From a bacterium (GTDB taxonomy: Bacteria > UBA8248), in assembly GCA_965207065.1 (NCBI GenBank), contig OZ242260.1, positions 2,272,001 through 2,336,000 of the forward strand: DNA of 64,000 nt. The letters run 5' to 3'. Numbering within the stretch: the stretch's first letter is position 1; each line of letters starts with the position of its first letter. The position numbers and the translations under genes are program-made. Below, piece after piece: positions 62,073 to 64,000 of this stretch. A model generated the notes under the pieces. It was not told where the DNA came from and did not search any database. It was given only the letters and a program-made list of their open reading frames with translations.

Positions 62073-63083
62073 TCAGCACCTCGAGCGTTGTCCGTCTCCA
62101 TTGCCTGCGAGCATGGCGAGCAGCTTGTCGGGCGCCCGGAAGCGACCCGGCCGGAGGTCCGGCAATCGGGCGCCGTCGAGCATCTCGAGTTTTTCTGTGG
62201 GGTCGGCGTGCAGATAGACCTCGGTGCTCTGGATGGTCGCATGTCCGAGCCAGAGGGAGACCTTGCGCATGTCCCCGGTTGCCTGAAGCGTATGCATCGC
62301 GCAACTGTGTCTCAGGGTGTGGGGCGTCACGTGTTTGCCGGCGAGGCCCGGCTCCGCCCTGGCCGCGTTCTTCAGATGTTTTGCGAGTATGACGTTGAAC
62401 CCCCAGCGGCTCAGCCTTCGCCCGAGCCGGTTGTGGAACAGTTCCGGGTCGCCTTCGGGGTCGCGCAGGCGGAGCCATGCCTCGATGCCCGAGCGCGTCT
62501 CTTTCCAGAGCGGAAGTCTCCGCTCGCGGCGTCCCTTGCCCATGATCCGGACGCCGGCCGGCGCCCGGCGGTCGTAGTCGTCGAGCTTCAGGGCGGTCAG
62601 TTCACTGACGCGCAGTCCGCAGGCGTACGTCAGATGGAGCATGGCCCGGTCACGTATTCCGTCCCTTCGCCCCGGGTCGGGCGCGTCGAGCAGGGCCTTG
62701 ATCTCGGCGCGGGTGAGCCAGGCCACCAAGGCCTTGTCTGCCTTCTTCTTCGGGATCAGGGCGATCCGGACGGCTTGCTCCAGGGTGCCGGGCTCGCGCC
62801 ATTCGACGAAGCGGAAGAACGCCTTGACGGCCGCGAGGCGCGCGTTGCGCGTACTGACGGCCGCGCCCTTGCGCTCGACGTGCTCCAGGAAGGCGAGCAC
62901 CATATCCGCGTCGATCTGCTCGAGAGCAAGCTGCGAAGGTCTCACCCCGAGCCTGCGGGCGACGAAGCGCAGCAGCAGCGACAGCGCTCGCGAGTAGGCG
63001 TCCACCGTGTTCGGGCCGGCGCCCTTCTCAAAGGGGAGATGCTCGGACACGAAGGCGCTTGCATGCCGGGCCAGCGGGGTCAT
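62073..63083 (-). CDS. Tyrosine recombinase RitC-type
   Basis: RDRAMLHL.Y..GLRVSEL, HTLRHSCA and LGH...TEVY. Confidence 0.92.
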   Translation of the reverse strand: MTPLARHASAFVSEHLPFEKGAGPNTVDAYSRALSLLLRFVARRLGVRPSQLALEQIDADMVLAFLEHVERKGAAVSTRNARLAAVKAFFRFVEWREPGTLEQAVRIALIPKKKADKALVAWLTRAEIKALLDAPDPGRRDGIRDRAMLHLTYACGLRVSELTALKLDDYDRRAPAGVRIMGKGRRERRLPLWKETRSGIEAWLRLRDPEGDPELFHNRLGRRLSRWGFNVILAKHLKNAARAEPGLAGKHVTPHTLRHSCAMHTLQATGDMRKVSLWLGHATIQSTEVYLHADPTEKLEMLDGARLPDLRPGRFRAPDKLLAMLAGNGDGQRSRC

Positions 63084-63997
63084 GACGCGTCCTCCCCATG
63101 GAAGGCTTCCGTCCGCCGGGCGACTTCTCCCAGCAGCGCCTCGGTGCTCTCGTGATACCACCAGGTATGGGCGACGGAGGCATGGCCGAGCCAGGCGCTG
63201 AGAGCGACCATGTGCCGGGCGACCGCCCGCCGCCCGGAGCCGCAGGCTTCGAGCGAGCGCACCGCGAAGGTGTGGCGCAAGTCGTGGATACGCGGGTTGC
63301 GCCCGTCTTCCCGCGCACCTGCGAGACCTGTGCGCGAGCGCATCCGGCGGAACACGGCGCGGGCCGCGGAAGGACCCATGCGGCCGCGGCCGTCGGCCAG
63401 GAAGAGGGCTTCGGTATCCGCCGGCACGCGAACCCGCGCCCGGAGGTGACGCGCGAGTTGCGTTTCGACCGTGGGATGGAAGGGCAGCAGGCGCCGTCCT
63501 CCACGCTTCGCCGTCCTGACCATCAGTCCCTCCGGGGTGACGTCATCCACGTCGATCGCCAGCGCCTCGCAGCCCCGCAGTCCGGTGGCGGCGATCAGCC
63601 CGAACAGGATCCGGTACTGGCCCGGGACCGGGCACCTGATCGTGGCGCACTCATCGGCCACGGCCAGGAGCGCGGCGATCTCGGAAGCAGAGTAGATGTA
63701 GGGCTTGGGCCGCACCCGGTGCGCGCGGGGCAGGACGTCCGCCGGAGGCGCCTCGTGCCGGGGGTCCTCCACGGCCATCGCCAGGGCGAAGCGGCGCACG
63801 AGCAACACCAGTCTGCGCCGCTGCAGGGCCGATGAGGAACGGCGCGCCCATTCGAGGACGCTCTGCGTGTTGACGTGGCTATCGCCGCGGGCCTGCGCGA
63901 AGGCGGCGTAGTTCGCGAGACGCCGGGCGTCCTTGCGGAAGCTGCGCCCGGCGGCGCGGATGGAGGCGACGTATCGCTCGACGGCATCGACGATCAT
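63080..63997 (-). CDS. Tyrosine recombinase RitB-type
   Basis: TGLRGCEAL, HDLRHTFAV and LGH...TWWY. Confidence 0.9.
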   Translation of the reverse strand: MIVDAVERYVASIRAAGRSFRKDARRLANYAAFAQARGDSHVNTQSVLEWARRSSSALQRRRLVLLVRRFALAMAVEDPRHEAPPADVLPRAHRVRPKPYIYSASEIAALLAVADECATIRCPVPGQYRILFGLIAATGLRGCEALAIDVDDVTPEGLMVRTAKRGGRRLLPFHPTVETQLARHLRARVRVPADTEALFLADGRGRMGPSAARAVFRRMRSRTGLAGAREDGRNPRIHDLRHTFAVRSLEACGSGRRAVARHMVALSAWLGHASVAHTWWYHESTEALLGEVARRTEAFHGEDAS

Positions 63998-64000
63998 GAC

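Larger units (their letters stand above)
61911..64000 (-). mobile_element. Second RIT element (continues beyond the window)
   Basis: End repeats ttatgtggagttcat twice plus inverted gaactccacataa; RitC-type and RitB-type genes. Confidence 0.85.

Overview
GC-rich bacterial accessory region with many decayed genes and a dense, nested mobilome. Host-type genes include glcE/glcF-like pseudogenes, amino-acid, sugar and glycine-betaine ABC transporters, a P450, a DcaP-like porin, a bicupin, four TbpB-like lipoproteins and a subtilase autotransporter. The most notable structure is a three-level nesting. (1) IS66-family elements (tnpC plus DUF4338). (2) One group II intron family (3 copies, TTGCG...CTACCCGGC), each copy inserted one base inside an IS66 terminal inverted repeat; two copies lack the RT ORF. 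(3) In the only full-length copy, the RT is split inside its PQGGVISP motif by a 2232-bp large-serine-recombinase element. That element has a duplicated AT core and ends that rejoin into a near-perfect palindrome, so precise excision would restore a 446-aa RT. The right third holds an intact, unrelated group II intron and an ICE/plasmid backbone (DUF2493, DUF4326, ssb, toprim, strawberry-notch NTPase, DUF2958) with an Frpo-like hairpin and two RIT elements. All family assignments come from reading motifs by eye, not from database searches.
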